NCBI GenBank assembly: GCA_964291285.2
Contig: OZ219786.1
Location: 288,001 to 352,000, forward strand
DNA: 64,000 bases
DNA from: Alphaproteobacteria bacterium
GTDB taxonomy: Bacteria; Pseudomonadota; Alphaproteobacteria; Bin95
Reading direction: 5' to 3'
The notes below the pieces were generated by a model. It was not told the origin of the DNA. It did no database searches and worked only from the letters and a program-made list of their open reading frames with translations. Of this stretch, positions 9,046 through 19,390 are shown in pieces. The position numbers and the translations under genes are program-made. Position 1 is the stretch's first letter; every line of letters begins with the position of its first letter.

Positions 9046-9396
9046 TCCGACCTCAGATCGGCCGGAAGAAGGGAACGCTCCGGCGCCACCGCCGTCAGCG
9101 CAAGATACGGGTCCTTCGAGCGCGTGAGAGAGCGGAAACCCGGCCGCTCCGGACCCGGAGACCCGAGCGAATCAAGCCGGCCCTCTACCTCCGAGGCCGC
9201 CCGGTCGACCTCCTCATGATCGAGCCAGCCGCAGCCCGGCAGCGCAATGGCCGCCGCCAGCAAAACGGCCCGGACAGCCGCTCCGGAACCCGATGCGAAG
9301 CCGCTCGAACCGCCCGAAAGTCCTTGCCGCGCCGTGGTTGACAGGACCCCGAATCCCTCTCACCTTGTCTCCGAATGCGAAGGTCGGTCGGCTGCC

Positions 9397-10281
9397 AATC
9401 ATGAACATGCTGGCGAACACCGTGACGCCAAAGACGAAAATCAGCGCCAGCCCGACGGCGAAGTTCCGGTCGCGGAAAATAGCGAGGTCGATATAGGGAG
9501 ACCGCGCGGTGAGCGAATGGGCGATGAAGAGGTAAAGGCAAAGCCCGGCGATCACGGCCTCCGCAATGATCTCGGGAGAACTGAACCAGTCCTGCCGCTC
9601 GCCCCGGTCCAGGACAAGCTGGAGGCAAGCCACCCCGATGGCGAGCGTTACGAGACCGATCCAGTCGAGAGAAATGCCGCGTTTCTCGGTCTCCGGCGTG
9701 GTCATCCAGATGCCGAGAAACGCAATGCAGCCGAGCGGCACATTGATGAAGAACACATAGCGCCAGCCATAGAATTCCGTGAGCAAGGCGCCGACGGTCG
9801 GCCCCGCAACCGGCCCCAGGATCATTCCCATCGACCAGATCGACATGGCGAAGCCGTGCCGGCTGCGCGGGTAGGTGTCCAGCATGATCGCCTGGCTGAT
9901 CGGCAGCAAGGGTGCGCTGCCAAAGCCCTGCAGGGCGCGGAAAAGGACCAGCTCTTCAAGGCTGTCCGCGGATGCGCAGAGCATCGCCGTGACGGTGAAG
10001 GCGGCGATGGACCAGAGAAAGATCAACCGCCGCCCGAACTTCACGGCGAGCCAGCCGGAAATGGTCGTGCCGAGGGCCGAGGCGACGATAAAGGCCGTCA
10101 CGACCCAGCCGATCTGGTCCGGCGTCGCCGAGAGATTGCCCTGCATCGCCGGCAGGGCGACATAGGCGGTGCTCATGTTGGTCGAATGCAGCAGCGACGC
10201 TGCGAGCACCGGGATAGTGATCGTCGCGGTTTCCGCGCGTGTGAACGGGCCCGCCGCCGGGCGGTTGCGGGTCGAAAGCAC
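9397..10281 (-). pseudogene. 3'-truncated DHA2/EmrB-type MFS efflux permease
   Basis: Typical EmrB N-half (VALPAMQGNLSAT, WVVTAF, FRALQG, GPTVG, LDRGERQDWFSS, IFRDRNF). Similarity stops after ASMFMI at ~295 aa; full-length members are ~500 aa. The tail to 9214 is non-hydrophobic read-through. Confidence 0.75.
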
Positions 10282-10310
10282 GCGGCGGGGCCGTCCTCAG
10301 GAACCGGCGG

Positions 10311-11123
10311 TCAGGCAGAGGATTCGGGGTCGAATTTCGGCGCCCGCTTCTCCAGATGCGCCGCCAGGCCCTCTTCGACTTCCGGACCGGTGAAGCCCAG
10401 CATTTCCAGCGCGGTTGAAGCGTCGTAGGCCGGCCCCATCGAGCGGTACCAGTTATTCAGCGCATATTTGGTCCAGCGGATGGCGCTCGGCGCTCCGTTG
10501 GCGAGCTTTCGGGCGACTTCGAGCGCCTTGTCCTGCAACTCGTCGTCCTCGACGCAGAGCGATACCAGCCCGATCCGCTCCGCCTCCTCGCCGTAAACCG
10601 ACTCGCAGAGCATCAGGTAGTATTTCGCTTTCGCCATGCCGCAGAGCAGCGGCCAGTTGATGACCGAATGGTCGCCGGCGGCGACGCCGAGCCGGGTGTG
10701 GCCGTCGATGATGCGCGCCGACTTGCCGGCAATGGATATGTCGCAGAGCAGCCCCGCGACCAGGCCGGCCCCGACCGCGACCCCGTTCAGCGCGGAAACG
10801 GTCGGCTTGCAGCAATCGATGATGTTGTAGACGAGGTCGCGAGCTTCCTTCCAGGCGCGCACGCGGTCGTCGTAATTGTCGATATTCTTGCGGATCATCG
10901 AGAAGTCGCCGCCGGACGAGAAGGCCCTGCCCTTGCCGGTCAGGATGACCGCCGAGACATCGCGGTCCTGATCGATATCGCGCCAGATATAGGTCATGTC
11001 GCGATGGCCGTTGGAATCGAGCGAGTTGTAGGTCTCGGGCTTATTGAGGGTCAGGCGCAGAACGCGCTCCTCGGGCCAGTCGATCTCGAATGTCCGGCGG
11101 TAGTCGTCATAACGGTCGCCCAT
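10311..11123 (-). CDS. Enoyl-CoA hydratase/isomerase family protein
   Basis: [30 protein letters not shown] crotonase motifs. Confidence 0.9.
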   Translation of the reverse strand: MGDRYDDYRRTFEIDWPEERVLRLTLNKPETYNSLDSNGHRDMTYIWRDIDQDRDVSAVILTGKGRAFSSGGDFSMIRKNIDNYDDRVRAWKEARDLVYNIIDCCKPTVSALNGVAVGAGLVAGLLCDISIAGKSARIIDGHTRLGVAAGDHSVINWPLLCGMAKAKYYLMLCESVYGEEAERIGLVSLCVEDDELQDKALEVARKLANGAPSAIRWTKYALNNWYRSMGPAYDASTALEMLGFTGPEVEEGLAAHLEKRAPKFDPESSA

Positions 11124-11213
11124 CGGGGCCTTCCTCCTGCTGCGTCTATCCGCGATTGCGGCTTTGCGGTTCTCGCCCGAAGCGGGTTGCGGGTCAATTG
11201 CGCGCGGGCGGCC

Positions 11214-12548
11214 TCAGAGGGCTTCGGCTTCCGCCACCTCCCCCTCCATGGAAGCCAGTTCGCCGAGAGTAACCGGCTTGATCGGCGGCCGTATGCGGAA
11301 GCTGCCGACCTCCTCCACCGCAAGGCCCCGCTCGCTGGCGATGACTTCGGCGGCAGCGAGCCCGCACATACGTCCCTGACAGGGGCCCATGCCGACGCGC
11401 GCGAAAGCCTTGAGCTGGTTCGGACCCATCGCCCCGTCACGAACCGCCTGGCGAATGTCGCCCGCCGTGACACTCTCGCACCGGCACACCAGCGCCTCGT
11501 CCGCAGGCAAGGTAGTGTGCGGCCGGAACAGGCGGTCGAGCAGCGGCCGCATGGCCCGCTCCCGGTCCAGCGCGGCAACGAGCCCTCCCGGGTCCACACC
11601 GGCCGCCAGCCTGGCCGCGACCCGCCCCGAAAGCGCAGCCGCCCGTGCGCCGGCTATGCCTCCGGCGTCTCCCGCGACCAGAAGGGTCTCCTCTGCCGTT
11701 CGGCCCAGGGAGTCCGCGACGGGCGCCCAGTGGCGCTGCTCCGGGCGCCAGCGATGCGCAAGGCCGGCCTGCCGCGAAAGATGCGTCTGCGGGACGACGC
11801 CCTCGTGCAACAACAGCAGGTCGCAGCCGATCTCCCCGCCGTCGAACCGCACAGACTCTCCTGTCGCCGCAAGACCGCTGACGCCCGACCGGAACGCGAC
11901 GCCGGCGCGCCTCAGCCTGCGCTTCATCGCCACACCCCTGGCGAGGTCGCGCCAGCCGGCCATGGCGCGCGGCAGGACGGGGGCCGCGTCCAGATAGTCG
12001 GCGCCTTCCGTCGTCTCCAGCACCGCCGCCACATCCGCGCCGGCATCCAGCAGCTGGCAGCCGACGAGCAGCAGGAGCGGACCCGACCCCGCGAGCACGA
12101 TGCGTCCTGCCGGCACCAGCCCGGACGCCTTCAGCAACACCTGCGCAGCGCCGGCTCCCATCACGCCCGGCCGTTCGGCACCGGGGATCGGCACCGGGCG
12201 CTCCATCGCTCCTGTCGCGATCAGCACGCGGCGGGCCGATATCGTCGAGGCCGAGCCCTCCCGGCTGCACGCAATCCGCGCGCCCGCATCGAGCCGCCAG
12301 ACGGCACTGTTCGGCCGGTAGTCGATGCGGGCACTGCGGAAATCCGCGGCCAGCTCCCGCCCGGCTTCATATTCCTCGCCCAGTATCGCGGTGAGGCCGG
12401 ATCCAGCGCGCTCGATTCCGCGCCAGATCTGCCCTCCGGGCTCGGGCTGGTCGTCCAGGACGGTGACGGAGAGGCCGTGCTCCGCCGCCTCCACGGCCGC
12501 CGCCATGCCCGCCGGACCGGCACCGACGATTGCCAGATCGATGCTCAT
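11214..12548 (-). CDS. FAD/NAD(P) oxidoreductase, opine oxidase A/HcnB-like subunit
   Basis: IVGAGPAG, IATGAMERP, C-terminal CRCE...GMGPCQGRMCG...RPPIKP. Confidence 0.85.
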   Translation of the reverse strand: MSIDLAIVGAGPAGMAAAVEAAEHGLSVTVLDDQPEPGGQIWRGIERAGSGLTAILGEEYEAGRELAADFRSARIDYRPNSAVWRLDAGARIACSREGSASTISARRVLIATGAMERPVPIPGAERPGVMGAGAAQVLLKASGLVPAGRIVLAGSGPLLLLVGCQLLDAGADVAAVLETTEGADYLDAAPVLPRAMAGWRDLARGVAMKRRLRRAGVAFRSGVSGLAATGESVRFDGGEIGCDLLLLHEGVVPQTHLSRQAGLAHRWRPEQRHWAPVADSLGRTAEETLLVAGDAGGIAGARAAALSGRVAARLAAGVDPGGLVAALDRERAMRPLLDRLFRPHTTLPADEALVCRCESVTAGDIRQAVRDGAMGPNQLKAFARVGMGPCQGRMCGLAAAEVIASERGLAVEEVGSFRIRPPIKPVTLGELASMEGEVAEAEAL

Positions 12549-12838
12549 CGTCCGCGTCCCGCTCCGTCCGTCCGGCGCGCGACGCAAAGGCCTTCGCGCA
12601 CCGGCGTCATGCAGGCCTGGCGGTTGGGTTCGCCGTCGATCTCGACGAGGCATTCGAAACAGACACCCATGGCGCACCAGGGCCCGCGCGGCCCGCCATC
12701 GACCGGCGCACGGCGGAATTCAGCGACGCCCGACGCGAGCATGGCGGCCGCAACGCTGTCACCGGGCGCCGCTGCAACCGGTTCCCCGTCAACCTCTATC
12801 GTTATCGTCGCCTCTCGCTCAGGCAGCCGCCGGAACAT
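12545..12838 (-). CDS. 2Fe-2S ferredoxin-like subunit (HcnA-like)
   Basis: GPWCAMGVCFECLVEIDG...QAC. Confidence 0.88.
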   Translation of the reverse strand: MFRRLPEREATITIEVDGEPVAAAPGDSVAAAMLASGVAEFRRAPVDGGPRGPWCAMGVCFECLVEIDGEPNRQACMTPVREGLCVARRTDGAGRGR

Positions 12839-13931
12839 CGAACCTCCGCGCGCTGAAGGCTTCGAACCCGTCCGGCGCCTTGCCTTCGGCAATCCAGTCC
12901 GGCAGGCGGGCGGTGTGAACGGCGGCTAACGTGACGCCGCTGTGCATGGTGGCTACGAAGGCTCCGGGATGGCTTTCCGACTCGTCGTAGATCGGGCAGC
13001 GGTCCGGCGGGATGACCCTGAGCGCCGCCCAGCTCCGCATGAGCCTCAGCCGTTCGAGCGCCGGAAGCGCGCGGATGGCGCGCCGGGCGAGGCCGCGCGC
13101 GGCTTCCAGCGTCGTGCCGGTGTCGAAGCCAACGCTTTCCTGCGTCGCGCCGATCATGACCGTCCCTTCCGCCGTCTGGCGGAGATTGCCCATCGGCATC
13201 GGCATGAACCGTTCCACCCGCTCGGTCACCAGCACCTGACCGCGTTCCGGCACCGTCGGCACATTCAGGCCGACCTGCGCCGCCAGCGGCGGAATGCCGT
13301 TGCCTGCCGCCAGCAGCAGTTTCGGGGCCTCGAATGCGCCGGCGTCCGTCTCCACCCGGAAGCCGCGCCCGATATTGCGCACCCGTGCGCCGGGCCGGTA
13401 GCGCCCGCCTCTCGCCCTGAAGCCGGCGTGAAGGGCGCGCAGCAGGTAGAGCGGCCCGCAATGGCCGTCCTTTTCCGAGAAGGACGCGCCCACGACCTCC
13501 TGCCCGAAACGGACGCCCGGAGCTATCCGCTCCAGTTCGGCGCGTTCGACCATCCGGGCGTGGTAGCCGCCGCCCTGCGCCGCCATCGCCTCGTTGAGCC
13601 GCATCTGCGCTTCCCATTCCTCGTCGCCGAGGCACAGAATCGCGCCGCCCGGCCGCTCATGGTGGATGTCGACGCCCGTCAGGTCCCCAAGCTCCCCGGC
13701 GAATCCGGCGTAGCGGTCCGCCGATTCCTGCGACCATTCCTGGTAGCGCTGCAGCCCGAACCCCTTGGTCTGTACCCAGACGAGCCCGAAATTGCCTCGC
13801 GCCGCCCGGAAAGCGTCGTCGCCCTCGTCGAGCATGAGCACGTCGAGTCCCTTGCCGGCCAGCCCGTAGGCCGCCGCCGCGCCGACCATGCCGCCGCCGA
13901 TGACGATGATGTCCGCCGTCCCCTCAAGCAT
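12819..13931 (-). CDS. FAD-dependent oxidoreductase, DAO family (opine oxidase B/HcnC-like)
   Basis: IIVIGGGMVG, RAARGNFGLVWVQ, HSGVTLA. Confidence 0.85.
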   Translation of the reverse strand: MLEGTADIIVIGGGMVGAAAAYGLAGKGLDVLMLDEGDDAFRAARGNFGLVWVQTKGFGLQRYQEWSQESADRYAGFAGELGDLTGVDIHHERPGGAILCLGDEEWEAQMRLNEAMAAQGGGYHARMVERAELERIAPGVRFGQEVVGASFSEKDGHCGPLYLLRALHAGFRARGGRYRPGARVRNIGRGFRVETDAGAFEAPKLLLAAGNGIPPLAAQVGLNVPTVPERGQVLVTERVERFMPMPMGNLRQTAEGTVMIGATQESVGFDTGTTLEAARGLARRAIRALPALERLRLMRSWAALRVIPPDRCPIYDESESHPGAFVATMHSGVTLAAVHTARLPDWIAEGKAPDGFEAFSARRFDVPAAA

Positions 13932-14076
13932 GGCGGCAATCGTGCTGTAGCCGCCCGGGCTGTGCAAGCCGCGCCTCCGCGGAGTGCGTCCACGGGGCCA
14001 GACAGTTTCTTGACAGGCCGTGTCGTGGCATGTTCCCGGCCCGCCGTTCCCTCGACGAAAGTCCGGACGATCCGCC

Positions 14077-15843
14077 ATGAATGTCGCCACACCCCCGTTT
14101 ATTGCCCGGAACACCCTCCCGAACGCGACTGCCGCCGGCACGCCGCTGGCGCCCGATTGCCACGGGATGAACTTCTTCGACATCGACCGCAGCCTGCAGG
14201 ACCTGCTGCCGCTCTACCTGCCGGACGACTTGCGCGAACACATGCTTCCGCATTTCCGTCGGCTCGGGGAAATCGCCGGCGGGCGCCTAGACGAGCTGGC
14301 GCGGCTGGCTGACCGGCACGGGCCCGTGCTGCATTTACGCGACGCCTTCGGTCGCGACGAGGATTGGATCGAGTTCCATCCCGCCTACCGGGAGATGGAG
14401 CAGATCGGGTTCGGCGATTTCGGTATCCACGCTATGTCCCGGCGCTCCGGCGTACTCGGATGGAACGGAACGCCGATCACGGCGAAATACATCCTGCAAT
14501 ATCTGTTCGTGCAGTCGGAATTCGCGCTGATGTGCCCGATCTCGGCCACGGACACCTCGGCGTTCCTCATCGGGAAATACGGCGACGAGGCGGTTCGTCG
14601 GCGTTTCATGCCGGGAATGACCAGCCAGGACATGAGCGAAATCTGCATGGGCGCGCAGTTCATGACGGAGAAGACGGGCGGCTCCGATGTCGGCGGCATC
14701 GAACTGGCAGCCCGGCTGGAGGATGGTCCCGAAGGAACCGAATGGCGGCTCTACGGCGACAAATGGTTCTGTTCCTGCGCCGACGCCGATGTTGCCCTGC
14801 TGCTGGCAAGGCCGGAAGGCGCGGTCGCAGGCACGGCCGGCCTCGGCCTGTTCGCCCTGCCGAAATACCGCGACGACGGCAGCCGCAACAGTTATCGGAT
14901 CGTGCGCCTAAAGGACAAGATGGGCACCCGGTCCATGGCGTCGGGTGAAATCGTGTTCGACGGGGCCGTCGCCTATCCGCTCGGCAAAGTGGGGCCGGGC
15001 CGGAACAACGGCCTCAAGCAAATGCTCGACCAGGTGAATCTGAGCCGCCTCTCGCACGGCGTGCGGGCTGCGGCGATGATGCGGCGCTGCCTGAACGAGG
15101 CCCTGGTCGCGGCGCGCGGGCGCGTGGCATTCGGCGGCATCGTCGCCGACAAGCCGCTGATGCGCCGGCAATTGCTCAAGCTGATGGTGCCGACCGAGCA
15201 GGCCCTCTCGATGGCGCTGTTCACCGCGGACAGGCTGGAACGCTCGGAAGCCGGCGACGAGCGGGCGGCGGCGCTGGTGCGGCTGCTTACGCCATTGCTG
15301 AAATTCCGCACCGGTCGGGACAATATCGCGGTCGCAACCGGCGCCATGGAGGCGCGAGGCGGCAACGGCTATATCGAAACCTTCGTCAATGCCCGGCTCG
15401 TGCGCGACGCCCACCTCGGCGTGCTCTGGGAAGGCACCTCCAATATCAACGCCCTGGACATTGTCGGCCGCGCCGTCGGCAAGACCGGCGCGCATGAAGT
15501 CCTCCGCGAGACACTGACGGACCTGCTGGACGAGGCGGACGGCCTGCCCGGCCAGTTGAAGGGCGCGCTCGGCCATGCCGCAGGCCGTGCCATTGCGCTT
15601 GCCGAGGAGGTCGCGGAGGCTGGGGACGAGCCGCGCATGCGCCAAGCGTCCGATGCGCTCTACCACGCGGCAAGCGCCGTCGTCATGGCGCATGAAGGCG
15701 GCCGGATCGTGGCGGCCGGCGGCGGCCGGAAACGCCTGCTGCTCGCGCAGATGGTGCTGGACCACCGGCTGAGCCCGCAGGACCCGCTCGCGCCGCGCGG
15801 CGACGACCCGGAGATTGCCGGGGAGCTGCTGGACGCCGCGTAG
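14077..15843 (+). CDS. Acyl-CoA dehydrogenase, AidB-like
   Basis: CPISATD, FMTEKTGGSDV, GDKWFCS, RLKDKMGTRSMASGEI, GGNGY, WEGTSNI. Confidence 0.88.
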   Translation: MNVATPPFIARNTLPNATAAGTPLAPDCHGMNFFDIDRSLQDLLPLYLPDDLREHMLPHFRRLGEIAGGRLDELARLADRHGPVLHLRDAFGRDEDWIEFHPAYREMEQIGFGDFGIHAMSRRSGVLGWNGTPITAKYILQYLFVQSEFALMCPISATDTSAFLIGKYGDEAVRRRFMPGMTSQDMSEICMGAQFMTEKTGGSDVGGIELAARLEDGPEGTEWRLYGDKWFCSCADADVALLLARPEGAVAGTAGLGLFALPKYRDDGSRNSYRIVRLKDKMGTRSMASGEIVFDGAVAYPLGKVGPGRNNGLKQMLDQVNLSRLSHGVRAAAMMRRCLNEALVAARGRVAFGGIVADKPLMRRQLLKLMVPTEQALSMALFTADRLERSEAGDERAAALVRLLTPLLKFRTGRDNIAVATGAMEARGGNGYIETFVNARLVRDAHLGVLWEGTSNINALDIVGRAVGKTGAHEVLRETLTDLLDEADGLPGQLKGALGHAAGRAIALAEEVAEAGDEPRMRQASDALYHAASAVVMAHEGGRIVAAGGGRKRLLLAQMVLDHRLSPQDPLAPRGDDPEIAGELLDAA

Positions 15844-15930
15844 TCCTGCGTTTCGCATGGACGCGGGCGGGACCGTCCGTGACACCGGGTATCCTTGCCG
15901 CGATAGATGCCCGCCCTTAGGGTCCGGGCC

Positions 15931-17226
15931 ATGATCGAACGCTACACCCGCGCCGAGATGGCGGCCGTCTGGTCGGCGGAGACCAGATTCCGTATCTGGT
16001 TCGAGATCGAGGCCCATGCGCTGGACGCCATGGCCGCGCTCGGCATGGCGCCCGCATCGGCGGCGCGCGCGGTGTGGGAGCGGGGTGCATTCGAGATCGA
16101 CCGTATCGACGAGATCGAGGCCGAGACGAAGCACGACGTCATCGCCTTTCTCACCAATCTCGCCGAGCATGTCGGCCCGGAGGCGCGGTTCGTCCACCAG
16201 GGCATGACCTCCTCCGACGTGCTCGACACCTGCCTGGCGGTGCAGCTCACCCGCGCCAGCGACATTCTTCTGGCAGACCTCGACAGGCTGCTCTCCGCCC
16301 TGAAGGCAAAGGCTTGCGAGCACAAATTCACCCTCTGTGTCGGGCGCAGCCACGCCATCCATGCCGAGCCCACCACCTTCGGCGTCAAGCTCGCCGGGCA
16401 CCATGCCGAGTTCGCCCGCAACCGCGCCCGGCTGGAAGCCGCACGGGCGGAGATTGCCACCTGCGCCATTTCCGGTCCGGTCGGCACATTCGCCAGCGTC
16501 GATCCGCGCGTCGAGGCGCATGTGGCGGAAAAGCTGGGCCTTGCGCCCGAGACGCATTCGACGCAAGTGATCCCCCGCGACCGCCATGCCATGTTCTTCG
16601 CCGTGCTGGGCGTGATCGCGGGCGGGGTCGAACGGCTCGCGGTCGAGATCCGGCATTTGCAGCGCACCGAATTGCGGGAGGCGGAGGAGTTCTTCTCCGC
16701 CGGGCAGAAGGGCTCCTCCGCCATGCCGCACAAGCGCAATCCGGTGCTGACGGAAAACCTGACCGGGCTGGCGCGCATGGTCCGCTCGGCCGTCATCCCC
16801 GCGCTCGAGAATGTCGCGCTCTGGCACGAGCGGGACATCTCCCATTCCTCCGTCGAGCGGATGATCGGCCCGGATGCGACCACGACCCTCGATTTCGCGC
16901 TCCACCGGCTCGCGGGCGTGGTGGAGAAGCTGGTCGTCTATCCCGACGCCATGCGGCGGAATTTCGGCAGCCTGGGCGGCCTCGTCTTTTCGCAGCATGT
17001 GCTTCTGGAACTCACGCAGGCGGGCATGAGCCGCGAGGACGCCTACGCGAAGGTGCAGGCGGCAGCGATGGCCGTCTGGGAAAAGGGCGGGTCCTTCCGC
17101 GCACAGCTTGAGCGCGACCCGGACATAGCCGCAGCCGTGCCGCCGGCGCGGCTCGACGGGATATTCGACGCGGACCGCCAGCTGGTCCATGTCGATACGA
17201 TCTTCGAGCGCGTTTTCGGAAGCTGA
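15931..17226 (+). CDS. purB: Adenylosuccinate lyase
   Basis: MIERY, HQGMTSSD, GRSHAIHAEPTTFG, GSSAMPHKRNP. Confidence 0.95.
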   Translation: MIERYTRAEMAAVWSAETRFRIWFEIEAHALDAMAALGMAPASAARAVWERGAFEIDRIDEIEAETKHDVIAFLTNLAEHVGPEARFVHQGMTSSDVLDTCLAVQLTRASDILLADLDRLLSALKAKACEHKFTLCVGRSHAIHAEPTTFGVKLAGHHAEFARNRARLEAARAEIATCAISGPVGTFASVDPRVEAHVAEKLGLAPETHSTQVIPRDRHAMFFAVLGVIAGGVERLAVEIRHLQRTELREAEEFFSAGQKGSSAMPHKRNPVLTENLTGLARMVRSAVIPALENVALWHERDISHSSVERMIGPDATTTLDFALHRLAGVVEKLVVYPDAMRRNFGSLGGLVFSQHVLLELTQAGMSREDAYAKVQAAAMAVWEKGGSFRAQLERDPDIAAAVPPARLDGIFDADRQLVHVDTIFERVFGS

Positions 17227-17261
17227 ACCCACTTCGCCGCAGCCCATCTGGAGAATTCGGA

Positions 17262-18755
17262 ATGTCGGACCGCACAGTCGATGTCGTCATAGTCGGCGCG
17301 GGCAATGCCGCCATGTGCGCCGCGCTCGCCGCGCGCGAGCAGGGCGCGGACGTGCTCGTGCTGGAGCGCGCGAACGAGGAGGAGCGCGGCGGCAACTCGG
17401 CCTTCACCGCAGGCAATATCCGCACGGTCTTCAACGGCGTGGACGACATCAGGGCACTGGTGCCGGACCTCACCGACGACGAGGTCGCGATCACCGATTT
17501 CGGCGTCTACAGCGAGGCCGACTTCTACGACGACATGGGCCGGATCACCGAATACCGGACCGACCCGGACATGTGCGAATTGCTGGTTACGCGCTCGCTC
17601 GACACGATGAAGTGGATGCGGGACAAGGGCGTGCGCTTCCTGCCGATCTACGGCAAGCAGGCCTTCAAGATCGACGGGCGCTTCAAGTTCTGGGGCGGCC
17701 TCGTGCTGTCGGCCTGGGGCGGCGGGCCGGGGCTGGTGGACGCCCTGCACGAGTCCGGCGCGAGAGACGGCGTGGAGGTGCTCTACGGCGCGCGCGCCAC
17801 CGGATTGTTGCACGGCGACGACGGCGTGAAGGGCGTGCGCGTACGCCAGGACCGCCGGAGCTTCGAGGTGCATGCCCGCGCCGTGGTCCTCGCCTCGGGC
17901 GGCTTCGAGGCGAACCCGGAGATGCGCACCCGCTATCTCGGCCCCGGCTGGGACGTGGCCAAGGTGCGCGGCACCCGCTTCAACACCGGCGACGGCATCC
18001 GCATGGCGCTCGACGCGGGCGCGCGCGCCTACGGCAACTGGTCCGGCTGCCACGCCGTCGGCTGGGATTTCAACGCGCCCGAATTCGGCGACCTCGCCGT
18101 CGGCGACAACTTCCAGAAGCACAGCTATCCGTGGGGCATCATGGTGAACGCGGAGGGCCGGCGTTTCGTCGATGAAGGCGCGGACTTCCGCAACTACACC
18201 TACGCGAAATACGGGCGCGTGATCCTGGGCCAGCCGGGCCAGATGGCCTGGCAGGTGTTCGACAACAAGATCATCCCGAACCTGCGCGACGAATACCGCA
18301 TCCGCGAGGTCACCAAGGTCCGGGCCGACACGATAGAAGAGCTTGCGGCGAAGCTGGAAGGCGTGAATGCCGAGGCGTTCCTCAAGGAAATCCGGGCCTA
18401 CAATGCGGCCGTGCGCACGGACATTCCCTACAACCCGAACATAAAGGACGGGCGCCGGACGGAGGGCCTCGCGGTGGACAAGACGAACTGGGCTAACACC
18501 ATCGACGAGCCGCCCTTCGAGGGCTACCAGACCACCTGCGGCATCACCTTCACCTTCGGCGGCCTGCGCGTGAACGAGGATGCCCAGGTGATGGACACGG
18601 ACGATATCGAGATTCCGGGCCTCTACGCCGCGGGCGAGCTGGTCGGCGGCCTGTTCTGGTTCAACTATCCGGGCGGCACCGGGCTGATGGCGGGCGCGGT
18701 CTTCGGCAAGATCGCCGGCGAAGCGGCCGGGCGGGCGGCCGTCGGCAACGAATAG
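17262..18755 (+). CDS. tcuA: FAD-dependent tricarballylate dehydrogenase TcuA-like
   Basis: VIVGAGNAA, GGNSAFTAG, VRGTRFNTGDG, RFVDEGADFRNYTYAKYG, ITFTFGGL, NYPGGTGL. Confidence 0.8.
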   Translation: MSDRTVDVVIVGAGNAAMCAALAAREQGADVLVLERANEEERGGNSAFTAGNIRTVFNGVDDIRALVPDLTDDEVAITDFGVYSEADFYDDMGRITEYRTDPDMCELLVTRSLDTMKWMRDKGVRFLPIYGKQAFKIDGRFKFWGGLVLSAWGGGPGLVDALHESGARDGVEVLYGARATGLLHGDDGVKGVRVRQDRRSFEVHARAVVLASGGFEANPEMRTRYLGPGWDVAKVRGTRFNTGDGIRMALDAGARAYGNWSGCHAVGWDFNAPEFGDLAVGDNFQKHSYPWGIMVNAEGRRFVDEGADFRNYTYAKYGRVILGQPGQMAWQVFDNKIIPNLRDEYRIREVTKVRADTIEELAAKLEGVNAEAFLKEIRAYNAAVRTDIPYNPNIKDGRRTEGLAVDKTNWANTIDEPPFEGYQTTCGITFTFGGLRVNEDAQVMDTDDIEIPGLYAAGELVGGLFWFNYPGGTGLMAGAVFGKIAGEAAGRAAVGNE

Positions 18756-18798
18756 GCGCCCGCCCGACTACCGCTACCCTTTACGGAGGCTGACACCG

Positions 18799-19371
18799 AT
18801 GGCGCGCGCGCCCTACCCCGACATCGAGACCCTGCCGGACGAATTGCGCACTTTCGTCAAGCGCTTCGACCCGCTGATGAACGTCTTCCATATGCTGGCC
18901 CATACGGGGCCGGCGCTGCCGCATTTCATGCGGCTCGGCAATGCGATCCTGTTCAAGGGCCGGCTCGACCCCGAACTCAGGGAAATCGCAATCCTGCGCG
19001 TCGGCCACCTGCTGGGCGCGCCCTACGAGGTCCACCAGCACAGGATCGTTTCGCGCAATATCGGCATGGACGAGGCCCGGATCGCAGGCGTCGAGCACGG
19101 CGAGGACGACACGGTGTTCTCGGAACTCGAGAACCTGGTCATCCGGTTCACCGACGAAGTCGTGTCAAGCGTCCGTGCAAGCGACGCGACCTGGAACGCG
19201 CTCTCCGCCCGGCTCGACTCCGGGCAGATGGCCGAACTCACGCTTGCGGTCGGCTTCTATTCGATGATCGCCGTGTTCCTGGAGAACTTCGAGGTCGAAA
19301 TCGAACCGAAAGGCGTCGTAGAAGACCCGATGAAGCGCCCCCGAAAAGCCGGGGAAGCCCGACCGGCCTGA
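18799..19371 (+). CDS. Carboxymuconolactone decarboxylase/AhpD-like protein
   Basis: LREIAILRVG...YEVHQH. Confidence 0.8.
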   Translation: MARAPYPDIETLPDELRTFVKRFDPLMNVFHMLAHTGPALPHFMRLGNAILFKGRLDPELREIAILRVGHLLGAPYEVHQHRIVSRNIGMDEARIAGVEHGEDDTVFSELENLVIRFTDEVVSSVRASDATWNALSARLDSGQMAELTLAVGFYSMIAVFLENFEVEIEPKGVVEDPMKRPRKAGEARPA

Positions 19372-19390
19372 ATTCGGGAGGCGGACAGGA

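Larger units (their letters stand above)
6653..9263 (-). pseudogene. pilN: PilN-like type IVB liposecretin interrupted by an IS
   Basis: 5' part 9263-9046 has lipobox ALPGC. 3' part has secretin motifs (TVTVTG...VDRVRSWL, TLNGRPA, TPGTVSSGF, IQLP, GETLLLTGF). Removing IS 8115-9045 plus one TCC fuses the frames (PADLRSETGIVVTLGD) into a 558-aa ORF. Confidence 0.8.

Noticed and set aside
11214-13931. Hydrogen cyanide synthase hcnABC
   Set aside because: Same families, but the order is C-A-B as in opine/D-amino acid oxidase clusters. The substrate cannot be assigned, so no gene symbols are given.
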